DNA of 64,000 nt from Nemertoderma westbladi (Eukaryota; Animalia; Xenacoelomorpha): positions 62,001 through 126,000 of the forward strand of contig JAUCBJ010008354.1 in the NCBI GenBank assembly GCA_032718475.1. Reading direction: 5' to 3'. The notes below the pieces were generated by a model, which was not told the origin of the DNA, made no database searches, and worked only from the letters and a program-made list of their open reading frames with translations. Position numbers and translations under genes: made by a program. How positions within the stretch are numbered: the first letter of the stretch is position 1; the number at the start of each line of letters is the position of its first letter. Positions 34,866 to 46,784 of this stretch are shown here, piece after piece.

Positions 34866-36185
34866 GTTTATGTGTACAGTTGAATGCCTACTGCTATATT
34901 ACAGTCTAAGCAAGTCTAGTAATTCAGTATTAACTGCTAGCCTAGTAATTAATTACCGATACTGCTACTCAGTGTAGTGTGATATATATAATATATTAGA
35001 ATACCGGTATGCTTATAGTTATATAACTATATAAGTATTATTACAGACTAGGTTTATCACAGAATACCGGTATAATTTTAGCACAAATATATATAAATAT
35101 ATAATAGGCCTATCGGGAATACCGGTATACAGCTTACAGTTTGTAGTATATATAATTCTGGACTAGAATTAATTACAAGTACCGGTATAATTTCAGCCTA
35201 AATTTATAGAAATAAAGATAATAGGCCTATCGTAAATACCGGTATATCAATTATTTTAAATAATTGAATTTCTGAATTTTAGGGTTACTTGGTTACTTTA
35301 CTTACTTTATTACCGTTATTTGAGCAGTAATCCAACTGATATTGAGACCTAATGGTTGTATGGTAGGCCTGCTATTTATAAATCGTTAGATTTGATTTAT
35401 AATATATATATACCCGTTTTAATGGGTTTTGTCAATGTTTGAAATAAATGTTATTATTTCTGGGGAGTAATCACTACACAAAGCGGTGCGCTTTCAGTGA
35501 AGTGTTACTTATAGGACACTAAAACAAATAATGCTAATTTACCTAAGTTACTTAATACTACAAATTACGTACAATTCGGGTGAGATTACAATCTCTAAAT
35601 AAACACAAAAATTTACAAAAAACACAAAATACGAATTTTCAGGGTAATTTTACAAGAAGTCTACAAACCAGCCTAACAAAGGGTTAGAATTCTGGTTATT
35701 ACAACGGACAGGGTACTGCGGTATTTGAAAATAATACGTAGTAGTAAATACACTGCGTTGTCCAGATAGGAAAATACCACCGCCTGACGACCTATAGCCG
35801 TATCGCTATAGGTACTACGTTATGTATCACGGAGTGTTCCTACCTAGAAGTTAATAGAGCTAATCGAACGTGCCTATCAACCACTTTACAACACAAATAT
35901 AATGCCTACACTAATTACTTTCGGAAAGCACTGTACACTAAACCCTAAATTAGGTACGAGTACTTGTACAACATATAATCAGTAGTTAAATATACTTGAA
36001 CAGCTAAAAGAACCACGGCATCTGCTGGAGTGACCGGTGCACAAAATCACCAGTCTTTACCTACGCCAAGCAGCCCGTGTAGTACCGGGGTTAATTTAAC
36101 TATAGCGGTATGTATAACAAACACAATTATTGTAGGAACAAACTTGGGGAATGAATGTTGCGAATAATCGCATAAACTCTGAATA

Positions 36186-36760
36186 ATAAATATTACGCTA
36201 CGCGTACAAACCACTCAAACAAAATGCAGACCAAATACTGACAGACTACTATCAAGCCTAAATAAACTACAGGACATGCAGACTCCGAAATGGTTAGGTA
36301 GTATGCGTTCTAACCCAGTAGTACGACTTATTCTTTAGATGGGGGTTTACCTTACAGCTTTGGCTGCCCCTACTTCCTAACCGTTCTTTATCGGACAGAG
36401 GCTCTACACACACTGCAATCCGTTCAGACCTAATAACAGCCAGACAACTATCCAGCCTACAAATTATCTAAATAAATATTATACGCTACCTGTACAGACT
36501 ACACAAACAAAGTACAGACTAAACGATGGCAGACTACTCTCAAGCCTAAATAAACTACAGGACATGCAGACTCCGAAATGGTTAGGTAGTATGCGTTCTA
36601 ACCCAGTAGTACGACTTATTCTTTAGATGGGGGTTTACCTTACAGCTTTGGCTGCCCCTACTTCCTAACCGTTCTTTATCGGACAGGTGATCTACACACA
36701 CTGCAATCCGTTCAGACTTAACAACAATCAGACAACAGCCCAGCCTACAAATTGTCTGTA
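36186..36760. repeat. Tandem duplication of about 290 bp in the A2 5' leader
   Basis: CAAGCCTAAATAAACTACAGGACATGCAGACTCCG...CTGCAATCCGTTCAGAC occurs twice. Confidence 0.9.
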
Positions 36761-36929
36761 CAATATGATCAGGCTTACACGCCTTCTGTTCAATACTGGC
36801 CTACAAATAAATAAAACTGACAGAAATAAGTAAGCTCCAAAAGAAACAAGGGGTGTACAGTCCCTAATCTCTTAAACAGCCTACCGGTATGCAATAATCA
36901 AAATCGAATAATACTAATGTACTTATACT

Positions 36930-37055
36930 AGAAGTACCGGTTAGGACAGTTGGACCTACAGACCTACTGAAGTACCGATTCTGGCAGTTGGACCTACGGG
37001 CCTACAGCAGTACCGGTTCTGGCAGTTGGGCCTACTGACCTACAGATGTACCGTT
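36930..37055. repeat. Three to four tandem units of about 37 bp near the A2 PBS
   Basis: AGTACCGGTT..G.CAGTTGGACCTAC.G.CCTAC repeated. Confidence 0.75.
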
Positions 37056-37111
37056 CAGGTTTACCGGTTGACCGGTACTTTCAACTTTATTGCTTACTGC
37101 AATAAAGAAGC

Positions 37112-37123
37112 TATATCCGTTAT
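37112..37123 (-). promoter_or_regulatory. Non-canonical primer-binding site ATAACGGATATA, complementary to the element's own LTR
   Basis: Directly abuts the 5' LTR end; has no TGG; exact reverse complement at 37872-37883 and 19793-19804. Confidence 0.65.
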
Positions 37124-38330
37124 TGTTCGCGCTTTCAGACCTTTGGCAGTTTAACCCGCCAAATTAGGATGTCTTCTAGATAATAAATCACTTTTAGCCT
37201 CTGACAAGTATTTGATTCACTACACTAGTCGAAACCAATCTGTGCGCGATCATTCACCCGCTGGATATACCCGGGAGATTGGGTTCGACGGCTTAATCTT
37301 ATTGCTATGTAAGCCTAATGTATTATTCGACTGACAGTATTATATAATCTCTGACAATATTATTCACCTTCGGGGAATATTAACAGTTCCTTTAGGACGT
37401 GGCGCTCTATCTATAAAAACAGAGTTATGACTTAAACTACTCACAACGATATGGCTTAGTTACAATTCACATATATGGCGCATTCTTTAGGAAATGCTTC
37501 GTTATCAGTCTCGCTCATACACAACGCTGCACAATGCTGCACACTAATCTGCCGATCTTCACTGATTTTAGTCACATATAAAAGGAACACAGACCGACTC
37601 ATGTAGGGTCTATCAAATAACATTAGATTCACTTCAAACCACTTTAACATAAGTCACAATCGTTATATGTAACCTGTCTCTCTTACCTTCTGTATATCAA
37701 GAATATTGGGTTTTCGGGGTTATTTATCGTTATTCCAAATATAATAATTCATCAACCATATTATGAAGAACCGACAGTAAATAGCAGTATAACAATATAA
37801 AAGTATGCACAGGTATATTAGATTAGGTATGTTGCGTTGATTGAGTATGGGCCAGTTAACCAGTGTGTGTGATAACGGATATATGTCCTTATAATTAAGC
37901 CTACTAGTGTTAGGCTAAAACAGAAAAGCACAAAATATTCCAAAGCCGCTCTCTCCTGGCTCAGGACAGAATGTAAACACTGCCCATAATGCATTGCGTG
38001 ATTTCTAGGAAATTTCTGTACAAGAGCCATAAAAATGCTCTGATTGGCTGACTGAACTGAGAGACGCCGTAGAACAAAGAAAATCGACACGTATGAATAT
38101 CAGCTGTTAACCGTCGTCATAGTAACTACTGTTCAAGAGTAGCTATCACCTTTTGCGTCACGGAATTGCCATAGAATCATCAACTATGCCTTCCACAGTA
38201 CACATACGGAGGAAATAGCTCTTAGATCCTCTAAAAAACACCGATACAGCAATAATACGGTCTCTTACACCTATTAAATCAACTACAGAGTATTTTAATG
38301 TAAAAAATAATAAAAATAACGGGGCAATTC
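37124..38330 (-). repeat. 5' LTR of A2 (outermost 16 bp missing)
   Basis: Identity with 19041-20250 stops at GGCAATTC, followed directly by B1 RT sequence. Confidence 0.95.
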
Positions 38331-40720
38331 GCGCGCCCTGTGTCCAGTAGCTCCTCAACCGTATTTCCAGACTCCATCCCGTCGTCTACGTAGAAGCTGC
38401 GTCGAATCATATCGACGGCTCTAGTGCTGTACTTATCTTCCTTTCCCTTTATTGTGTCTCTTACGGCCATAGTCGTCTTGAAAGAAGACGACTTGGCTCC
38501 CATATTCTGTACTATCATCTTGTACATCGGTATTGTCGACGGTTCCACATCGCCATCGTACCATAGGAAGCGTTGACTGTCGCTATCCTCTTCCGTCACA
38601 CGGACTTGGTTGAACATGCCTTCTATGTCACAGGTGAAGGCGTGTTTTCCATTCCTGAACCTGAGTAGGACCTCTATCCCTGAGTTGTATATGTTGGGAC
38701 CTTCTAGCAGATAGTCGTTTAGGCATTTCCCGTCGGTCTTTGCCGATGCATCCACTACCATCCGCAGTTTACCTTTCTTCGGATCTAAAGCCACGTGGAG
38801 TGGTAGGTAATATGTCCTGTCCGCGTTTGGTTCGTCGATTGGTAACTCCACGGCCCATCCCTTCTCGACGTACTTTCTAATTGTTTTATGAATGTACTCA
38901 TTCTTTTCGGGGCTCCGTTTTAACGTCTGCTCCAACTTACGAAGCCTCGTGAGTACCATCGCTTTATTATCGGGCAGTGGTAGCTTTGGTACCTTCCATA
39001 CCATTCCTATGGTATACCGCCCCTCATTGCATCTCATAGACTCCTCTACGCTCTGCTGAGCCTGTTTGTCTTCCACCGAGGTTCCGACCCCGGTTTCCTT
39101 TAGTCCCTCAAAATCTTGCCTGAGCAGTATTTTGAGCTGTTCCTCCGCTCTCTCATCCCCTATTTCTTGCATAGTTCCTGCGAACATGCATCCCGATGTC
39201 TCCGACATCCTAAATGGTATCTTACTCTTAATTGGGCCACTCAGCGTCCACCCGAACGGCATCAATATCGCCACCGGATCACACTGCTTGTCTTCGCCGA
39301 AGACCATTTGCATTCTTTCGTGGGCCGTCGGGCAGTCCATTCCTACTATGATGGATACCTTCCTGACATCCACCTCTGGGATTGAGAAGTCGATATCGCC
39401 CAGGAATTTATATTGTTCGACCTCGATGTTGGTTGGCCGCCTGGCATTGATATTTATTGACTCTATCACTTGGATGGGGTCGATGGTCGCCCCGTAGTCG
39501 CATCCCGGTGCCACCGCTGCAATCGTGCACCGTCCGGTCCTCATCTCCAGGACCTCATCTTTGCTAGAGATTGTTGTTACCGCCATTCTACTTGGCCTCG
39601 TTCTCAATCCTATCTCTTCAGCCACCCAATTTTCGATTAGCGTGAAGGCAGCTCCACTATCGACCAGCATCAATGTGGTCACTGATCGATTGCCTTCCCC
39701 AATCACTCGCACTGGTACTACCCCAAGTAGCACCGTTCCTCTCTTCTTCGCCCCTACTATGCTCGTTGCTATCGTTTGGCCTTTGCTTTGACCAAACTTG
39801 ATCGGTGTCTCCTTGCATTGTCTAGCTCTATGTCCACCCATTACACATCGCGAGCAGATCTCATTCCTCGCCGCGTATTCTACCTGATCTTCCCTGGGTA
39901 GCGCTTGCCAGTAGCTGCAGTTCATGGTTCGATGAAACGCATTTGTATGTAGCTGGCATTTGCTCTTTGGGTCGTAGCCGTCCTTGTACAGTGCATCGCG
40001 TATCGCAGCTGTATTTGTACCAAAGTCCCTACTGTTTTTATTGTTTGGGTTCGGCCTACTGGGCGTACTGGGGTTATATTTATTTGTGTTGTTATCTTTC
40101 CCCTGTCCGCTCCATGATGTGGTCTTACCCCCGGCTACCTGTGGACTTGCAGTCCCCTGCGTCGCTGCATACGGCAATGATTGCCTGAGCTTTGGTAATG
40201 CGTTTGACGTGTTGTGTTCTGGTTTCGGTCTATGGTAGTTGGTTCTTGGTCCCTTTCCCAGGCTGTCCTCACTATAGACTGGGTCGGTTATTAATTCGGC
40301 TTCATAGTTCAAGAAGCTCGACATTTCTTCTAAACCCGGTTCCGCACCCTTCCTATCTCGAGTGGAGAAAGCGATCTTCCTCCACTTGTTGCGCAGCCAC
40401 ATCGGTAGTGCCTGCGCTATCGTGGTGATGTTGTTGGACGCGTTGAGTTCGTATGGTGCGTCTAGCGTCTTTAGCACGATTAGCGCCTTCTCGACTTTGT
40501 TAGCGAATGTCTTTATGCTAACGGGATTATCCTGTAGGCCACCCGATGTTATGCCCCTCAGGGTTTGCCGGATGATCTTGGCCGGGTGCCCGTATTCCCT
40601 ATCCAATGCCCGCCATGCCGTCGTGAAACCGCCCTCTATACCCTGGTATTGCCTCACGATGTTGTATGCTGGGCCTCCTGTATATACTTGCAGATATTTT
40701 AGGCACTCCGCCTGCGTCAA
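38331..40720 (-). pseudogene. gag-pol: B1 gag core, protease and RT (truncated just after YVDD)
   Basis: CQLH..H..C, CSRCVMGGHRARQC, LVDSGA, RMVVDAS, DIEGMFNQV, FYVDD. Confidence 0.9.
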
Positions 40721-40735
40721 GTTCTTTGTTAGTAT

Positions 40736-41131
40736 TTAGTTACTATACATGCGCCGAAACTGCAGATATTCTTCCGGCCTACTCCCATCGAATTTAAACG
40801 GTTCCACGGGTGGTAACTCGATCCTAGTTTTTAACGCATCGATCAACGTGGCCATCCCCATTGCCTGCGCTTCCAATGGGTTCGATGGATGTTGTATAGT
40901 TTCTCCTGTTGGGTGTGGTCCGTCCGTCCTATTTTCTACCTTCCTTTGGCTTGGGTATATCATTGGGGGTAGTGGCCCCCTCCATATTTCTGTGTCGCAT
41001 GATCTGTTTTCATCCAAGGGTCTCGTTGTTCTTGCTCCTATCGGGGTATATTGTTGATATTGTGATGGGGGAATGTCACCCTGTCCCCCCCCCCCCCCCC
41101 CCCACCGGTATGCTTGGTACTGGGGTTGATG
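40736..41131 (-). pseudogene. gag: B1 gag segment downstream of the P-type insertion
   Basis: IELPPVEPFKFDGSRPEEY is a typical start of the Pao gag core; a single stop separates it from the next segment. Confidence 0.75.
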
Positions 41132-44100
41132 CATGGCCTACTTTATAAGAGGCCATGACAACGCACGGGCAAATAGCTGACTTGGAGGCCACTTTGTTTA
41201 TGGGTGTAAGTCGGAATATATGGTAGATACAAACTTCTAACCTTTACCTACCCCCACTAAGTCGATGCTGAGGATCTCAAATATCATATTTAAAATTGTT
41301 TATCTCGAGACCCTGTTGCTATGGCAACATCTAACTTCTAAACGGCTGCAGATACAAACTTCTAACCTTTACCTACCCCCACTAAGTCGATGCTGAGGAT
41401 CTCAAATATCATATTTAAAATTGTTTATCTCGAGGCCCTGTTGCTATGGCAACATCTAATCAGTGGATACCGGTTGAACTTCCATTAAAAAAATGAAAAT
41501 AATACTTAAATCAAATATATAAGTTGCGTATAAGTTACAGTAAAAGTAAATCAAATAAGTAGAAAAATAAGAACTATAGTGACAACTTTAGTTTCTTAGT
41601 AGAAGATTCCTTCGAAGACAATGGTGTAAGGAGTTTCGTTTGATTGTTTAAAAAAATATTAGTTAGCTTCATTAGACACACTTGTGGAATCTCACCATCA
41701 AAATATTGACTTGACACAAAGCTAAAGTAGCAGCAAAGACTTCTCCGGCAAACTGAAAGCACACTGATGTTAAGAAAAAAAATAAAACAAAAAAAGGTAA
41801 ACTGCACTAGTATATCTGATGGTGTAGTAAGGCGACCTCGGTCTAGCTCTTTCAAATAGGTGCTGTACTCTGTATAGACAACTGTAGAAGGGTCTATGTT
41901 AGTATTCTCCGGTAAAGATCGCTGAAGATAACCGGCAATAAAGTACAACGCTTGTTTAGTGTCAACATTTATCTCATCTTCACACATAGGTAGTGTCTCG
42001 ACGAGATCTACAATAAATTCAGTCAATGTGACATTACATTTAGAGCATTTATGTGAGTCGTAATCGCTCTGCGTTGTTGACTGCTCATGTCGGAGAAACT
42101 CGAAATTAATTGAGGCTAACAGTTTTGTTTTTTGTATTTGGTAATACTGAAGGGCTTGCACTGCTGCAATGAAGTATGTTCCTCCCGCTGACTGGCGAAT
42201 CCGACCGAAAGCTTTTTCCAGTGGATCAGTGGTAAAATTACCACACAAAACATAATCGAAATTGCGTTGAAGTAACGATTTCACCAAATCTACAAAACCA
42301 CGAAACGTATGAACAATGGCGCTAGCTGTATCTGTTGTAAATGTCTGATAGCGAGTTTTACCATTTACACACCTCATTTTCTCAACATTAGAAGCTATAT
42401 CGAGCAGTATATCCAACCGTTTATCACCAGGATCTGATATGGGACTCCGCCATTCATCATTTAAATGTATAGCCTCGTTCTTGGACTTCACATTTAATAT
42501 CTTGAATGCCTTCACAAAAACTTCTATGAAATCTGCCGTGTCTTTGTCAGTTTTGTTTGATTTCGTATGAGTACATAAAGCTGTTACAGTTTCGTCACAA
42601 AATACTCGAAGCATTAAACAAACGTCTTGTCTCTCAATAGGTTTCGGGTATACAGCTTTGTGAATAAGTCGATGACCAATTTTAACAACATTGGACTTCT
42701 CAGACTCGTATAAACTTCTAATACTCGACCAATTGGCTATCTTGCCATCGAGGTTTATTGCCTGGTTCTTTTCAGTGATCCAATTATTGCGAATTGATTT
42801 CATCAAGTGAACAAAATCAAACAAAAGAAATGTTCCCTGAGTGGTTAACCAAGGCTTTCCTACCTCAGTTTCAAATAAAGCAAAAAAGCTTCGATTGACA
42901 GACAGATTGTCACCAAGAATTGCAATAACATTACCATTAGCTGATTGAATGTTTAGATAAACATCTGTTATAACATCATATAGAAAACTTGAATCTAAAT
43001 TTAACACTGGCATCATGTTGTTCAGAAATGTTGGACCACCATGAAGGCATTTTAACATAACACCCAAAATAGTTTTGGCCAAATAGTTGGGATTGTTTTC
43101 AGCTATTCCAAATATGTGACCACCTTGGTAGGCCAATGCCGCCTTTACGTAAATTTCATCAACCAAGAGCACACAGTTCCGTTGCATCACTGATAGGTTT
43201 TTAAAAACTGCGTGTAAAAAGTTATGATCATCTAATTTATTTGCAGTCGAAGTTAGTCGTTGCAATGTACGGATTGATGGAAGAGGATACTCATTTAAAA
43301 TCTTTGAATACAGCGAACGACTAGTTGCATAATATTCAAAAGCACGAACCAAAACATCGGCAGTCCATTTCTGACAACCAACACGAACAGGTTGAAGTGA
43401 CTTAATATCCTGAAGTAAAATATCGAGTTTGGAAGGGGTTTCCGCATTTGAAAGAAAATTAACCACATTATCTAATATTGACCAGCGATCAATCACTTTT
43501 ATACGCATGGAGTTTATAACGCAAAAGGGAACCGATATTTTAGCACCATATCTGTAAGACTCAAAAGTTAGATTCTTAAAGATCTTAAGAACAAACTTCG
43601 GAATTCCTGAACCAAACACAAATTCAGCACTTTGAATTATCGTCACCGGAACAGAAGAACCTGAAGATACTATTGCAGTAGCGGTGTAAACAATAACATT
43701 ATCCTTGATAATTTTTTTATCTCTTATCGCACCAACAACGTCTTTGTATTCGAACAAATCTTGTGCATTAAACTCGCCGAGCTGATCAGGTTGTATTTGG
43801 CGTGTACCAAAAGAAATTTTAGATACATCGCGCAGTTTTGGCTGAGATATGGGACAGCAACTTGGAGAAATCTGAGGCCATATCGAGGGGGGTTCGACAG
43901 GAATTAATTTCTGTGAGCGAAAAGCCCTACGTTGGGAAAACCCCTCCGGCCAATGCAGTTCACACACAACTGTGTGCTTGGAGACAATTAAATTTTGGCG
44001 AACTTTCAATAGAACGCTCATCCATTGAGAATGGTACGGCTCGTCACTAGGAACTCGATAAACGGTTACCGGTGATTCATTTGCATAGTTGGAGCGACAA

Positions 44101-45390
44101 AGTGGAACGCAGCACTTTCTAGGCATCGCATGCAATGCAACTAGAAAACCGCATGTAAATACTGAATGCAGGTAAGTAAGGACTCCGAGGCGATGATTAC
44201 TGCTTCAACTGTTCAATCTGTCGGTCACGGTCAGATCTCAGACGGTAATTACCGAATTAATAGACCACATCAACTGTCAAACATAATAAAACGAGGTACC
44301 GGTATCACAAACAACAATAGGCCCTATGTATTAATTAATATTACAGCAGTACAGACTACAGTCTTAAATTCAGACAGTAGGTGCAACTATTTATTACACT
44401 ATTAGTGTATTAGTTCAGTAGTCTATTAGTATCATTAGCATCATCAATCTGTCAATGCATGCAGAATGCAGGCACGCGATTCAGCGAATGCAGAATGCCA
44501 CCCCATCCCACAGTCCCATTATACTACTAACATAAAAGCATAAGGCAAACCATACTGCCATAACCCGATAACCACCTGACTGCCTCTGTGACCACCAGCT
44601 GACCAGAGCCAGAGCTGCAGAGACCACCCACTGACGCTGACCCAGCCACCTGCAGACCTGGCTGCCTGGACCACTGCTGCACCGTACGTGTACAGTTATC
44701 AGCAGCAACGTAGGCTGTCAGGTAGTTGAGTTACCGGTCAGCCGGTACCAGACCATCTGACTGCTAACTTACATCAGCTAACTTGCATCAGTCAGCTTGT
44801 CAGAAGTGACAAGACAACTGGACTGGACTGGAACTCATCAGCTGACAATGCAAGTTGACTTGTTCAGTTGTTTTGAGTGTACAAATGAAATTAAAAGGCA
44901 AATTAAAGATGAAAAATCACAAACCTAAAAACCTAGTTTTAGGCTTTTTTCAAATTTTAGGTTTTTGACAAAAACCTACAAAAACCTAGGTTTACAAAAA
45001 CCTACTTTGCCAGCCCTGCACGGACACCGATAAAGGATAAGTACTATATGCTATACATTTGGAAGAAAACAGAATACAGAAGTACACATGACGTAGGCCG
45101 CCCCACTAGAAACTAGGCATATACAGATATAGGCTACATGCTATACAGACAGACAAATACCGGTCAACCGGTATCCACTGATTAGGCCTAGATGTTGCCA
45201 TAGCAACAGGGTCTCGAGATAAACAATTTTAAATATGATATTTGAGATCCTCAGCATCGACTTAGTGGGGGTAGGTAAAGGTTATAAGTTTGTATCTACC
45301 ATATATTCCGACTTACACCCATAAACAAAGTGGCCTCCAAGTCAGCTATTTGCCCGTGCGTTGTCATGGCCTCTTATAAAGTAGGCCATG
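41132..45390 (-). mobile_element. P-superfamily (THAP9-like) DNA transposon, 4259 bp, apparently complete
   Basis: 8-bp TSD GGTTGATG (41124-41131 and 45391-45398); TIRs of at least 200 bp starting CATGGCCTACTTTATAAGAGGCCATG; single transposase ORF. Confidence 0.95.
41574..44135 (-). CDS. THAP-domain P-element-like transposase (853 aa)
   Basis: THAP motif MPRKCCVPLC..P..W..VCELHW; LPSIRTL; catalytic LVDEIY, GDN, FDFVHLMKSIRNN, TDPLEKAFGRIRQ. Confidence 0.93.
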   Translation of the reverse strand: MHAMPRKCCVPLCRSNYANESPVTVYRVPSDEPYHSQWMSVLLKVRQNLIVSKHTVVCELHWPEGFSQRRAFRSQKLIPVEPPSIWPQISPSCCPISQPKLRDVSKISFGTRQIQPDQLGEFNAQDLFEYKDVVGAIRDKKIIKDNVIVYTATAIVSSGSSVPVTIIQSAEFVFGSGIPKFVLKIFKNLTFESYRYGAKISVPFCVINSMRIKVIDRWSILDNVVNFLSNAETPSKLDILLQDIKSLQPVRVGCQKWTADVLVRAFEYYATSRSLYSKILNEYPLPSIRTLQRLTSTANKLDDHNFLHAVFKNLSVMQRNCVLLVDEIYVKAALAYQGGHIFGIAENNPNYLAKTILGVMLKCLHGGPTFLNNMMPVLNLDSSFLYDVITDVYLNIQSANGNVIAILGDNLSVNRSFFALFETEVGKPWLTTQGTFLLFDFVHLMKSIRNNWITEKNQAINLDGKIANWSSIRSLYESEKSNVVKIGHRLIHKAVYPKPIERQDVCLMLRVFCDETVTALCTHTKSNKTDKDTADFIEVFVKAFKILNVKSKNEAIHLNDEWRSPISDPGDKRLDILLDIASNVEKMRCVNGKTRYQTFTTDTASAIVHTFRGFVDLVKSLLQRNFDYVLCGNFTTDPLEKAFGRIRQSAGGTYFIAAVQALQYYQIQKTKLLASINFEFLRHEQSTTQSDYDSHKCSKCNVTLTEFIVDLVETLPMCEDEINVDTKQALYFIAGYLQRSLPENTNIDPSTVVYTEYSTYLKELDRGRLTTPSDILVQFTFFCFIFFLNISVLSVCRRSLCCYFSFVSSQYFDGEIPQVCLMKLTNIFLNNQTKLLTPLSSKESSTKKLKLSL

Positions 45391-45601
45391 GGTTGATGTT
45401 AATATATTGGGGCCCATGCACCTATCCGCAATAATTCCCCCCTCCCCTGGGTATATGTTATGTCCTTGCATGGTGTAGTCATACTGCTGTGCTGGTACCG
45501 GTATAGGCCTATCGGCTCCTGGCCTACCCGACGGTATGTACTCCGCGACTTCCGGGTTTAATCCCGTCGTCCGCGCTATCCTATCGCCTACATTATTCCT
45601 G

Positions 45602-46777
45602 TCAGCATGGCCTATGGTATGTGCACTGTGCAGTAAGGCCTACAGTATGTCCTACAGTCTGTATGTGTCGCTTGGGATCGAAGTTTAATCTTCTCAAGTA
45701 ATCCTCCCCGCGGCTACCGTATTCTCGATCGGTAGTTATATCCTGCTGGGAAGTTTCTCTTCGACCCCCTCCACTATTCTCGTTCTCATGTCGGTACATC
45801 GCGTACCCCTCTATCGGCGCGTAGTGCGCCTCGTCAGGTCGCGCCTCTCCGGGACGACGGCAATCTCCCGAAGTTCGACCCCACCGACTTTCCGTTCCCA
45901 TCTCGACTATCGATGGCTCGCTATCCGTCCTCGCTCTCCTATCGCCCGCGGCGATACTTCTTCTACTTTCTTCTCTTCTTCTCTCCCCAGTGCAGTATTC
46001 CCGCTCGTGAGATCTCTCTTCCATCTCCCGGTTAAACTCCACTGTTCTTCTTCCCTCTTCTGATCGGGCTCGATTCTTCGTCTGCCCTCTCGCGACGTCA
46101 ACCTGCCTCTCTCTGCTCGATCGCACGCCGCTGGGGATACTCGCAATCCCCCTATTACTCTCCGTCGCTGGATGTTGCGGTTTACCTGCCTCGGCCCGCG
46201 CATTATCCGTTGACGCCTGTTGGGCACTCTCTGCCCCCCCTTCCCCCGCTAACTCGCTGTTGTGGGACTCTTGTAGCCCCCCCCCCCCCCACTCGCCACG
46301 TTTCACTTCACTATCTCTCACTTCACCTCTACACCCCTTTCTAGTCGACGCACTGTCTTTACTGCGGCTGGGTTCGTTCACCCCCGCCTCTCTCTCTACT
46401 ATTGCGTGGCCTACCAGGCCCACCTCGGGTTGGTTCAACCCCGCTACCTCCTGCCTACCAACTACGTGGCCTACCAGGCCCCCGTCGGGTTGGCTTAACC
46501 CCGCCGCTTCCTGCCTACCAACTACGTGGCCTACCAGGCCCCTGTTTGCCGGGTTGTGTATGTCCGACGCGTTCACATTAATAGCATCACTGTGGTTGTC
46601 GCCAATTTGGCCCTCTAGTTCACCTAAATTATTTTGTGCACCAAAATTAGAAACAGAATTATTTTGTTCGTTCGAGATAAGATTATTTGAATTATTTTGC
46701 GTGGGTACATTATTTGAATTATTTTGCAAATTCGGGTTTGGATCATTATTTAAATTATTTGGATTAATTGCATTCAT
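45602..46777 (-). pseudogene. gag: B1 gag N-terminal low-complexity region
   Basis: Upstream of and on the same strand as the B1 gag core; Asn-rich start; about three 20-aa repeats GLVGHVVGRQE. Confidence 0.6.
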
Positions 46778-46784
46778 CTTTTAA

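Larger units (their letters stand above)
19041..38330 (-). mobile_element. Bel/Pao family A, copy A2, nearly full length (about 19.3 kb)
   Basis: Two near-identical LTRs, a 2.2-kb leader, gag-pol, accessory ORF-X and a PPT. Confidence 0.96.
12534..46780 (-). mobile_element. Bel/Pao LTR retrotransposon family B, copy B1 (interrupted by A1, A2 and a P-type element; 5' LTR absent)
   Basis: Minus-strand pieces fall in order: gag 46777-38331 into RT, RNase H/IN 19040-16898, accessory ORF 15872-13283, PPT GGGGGGAG, LTR start at 12586. Confidence 0.88.
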
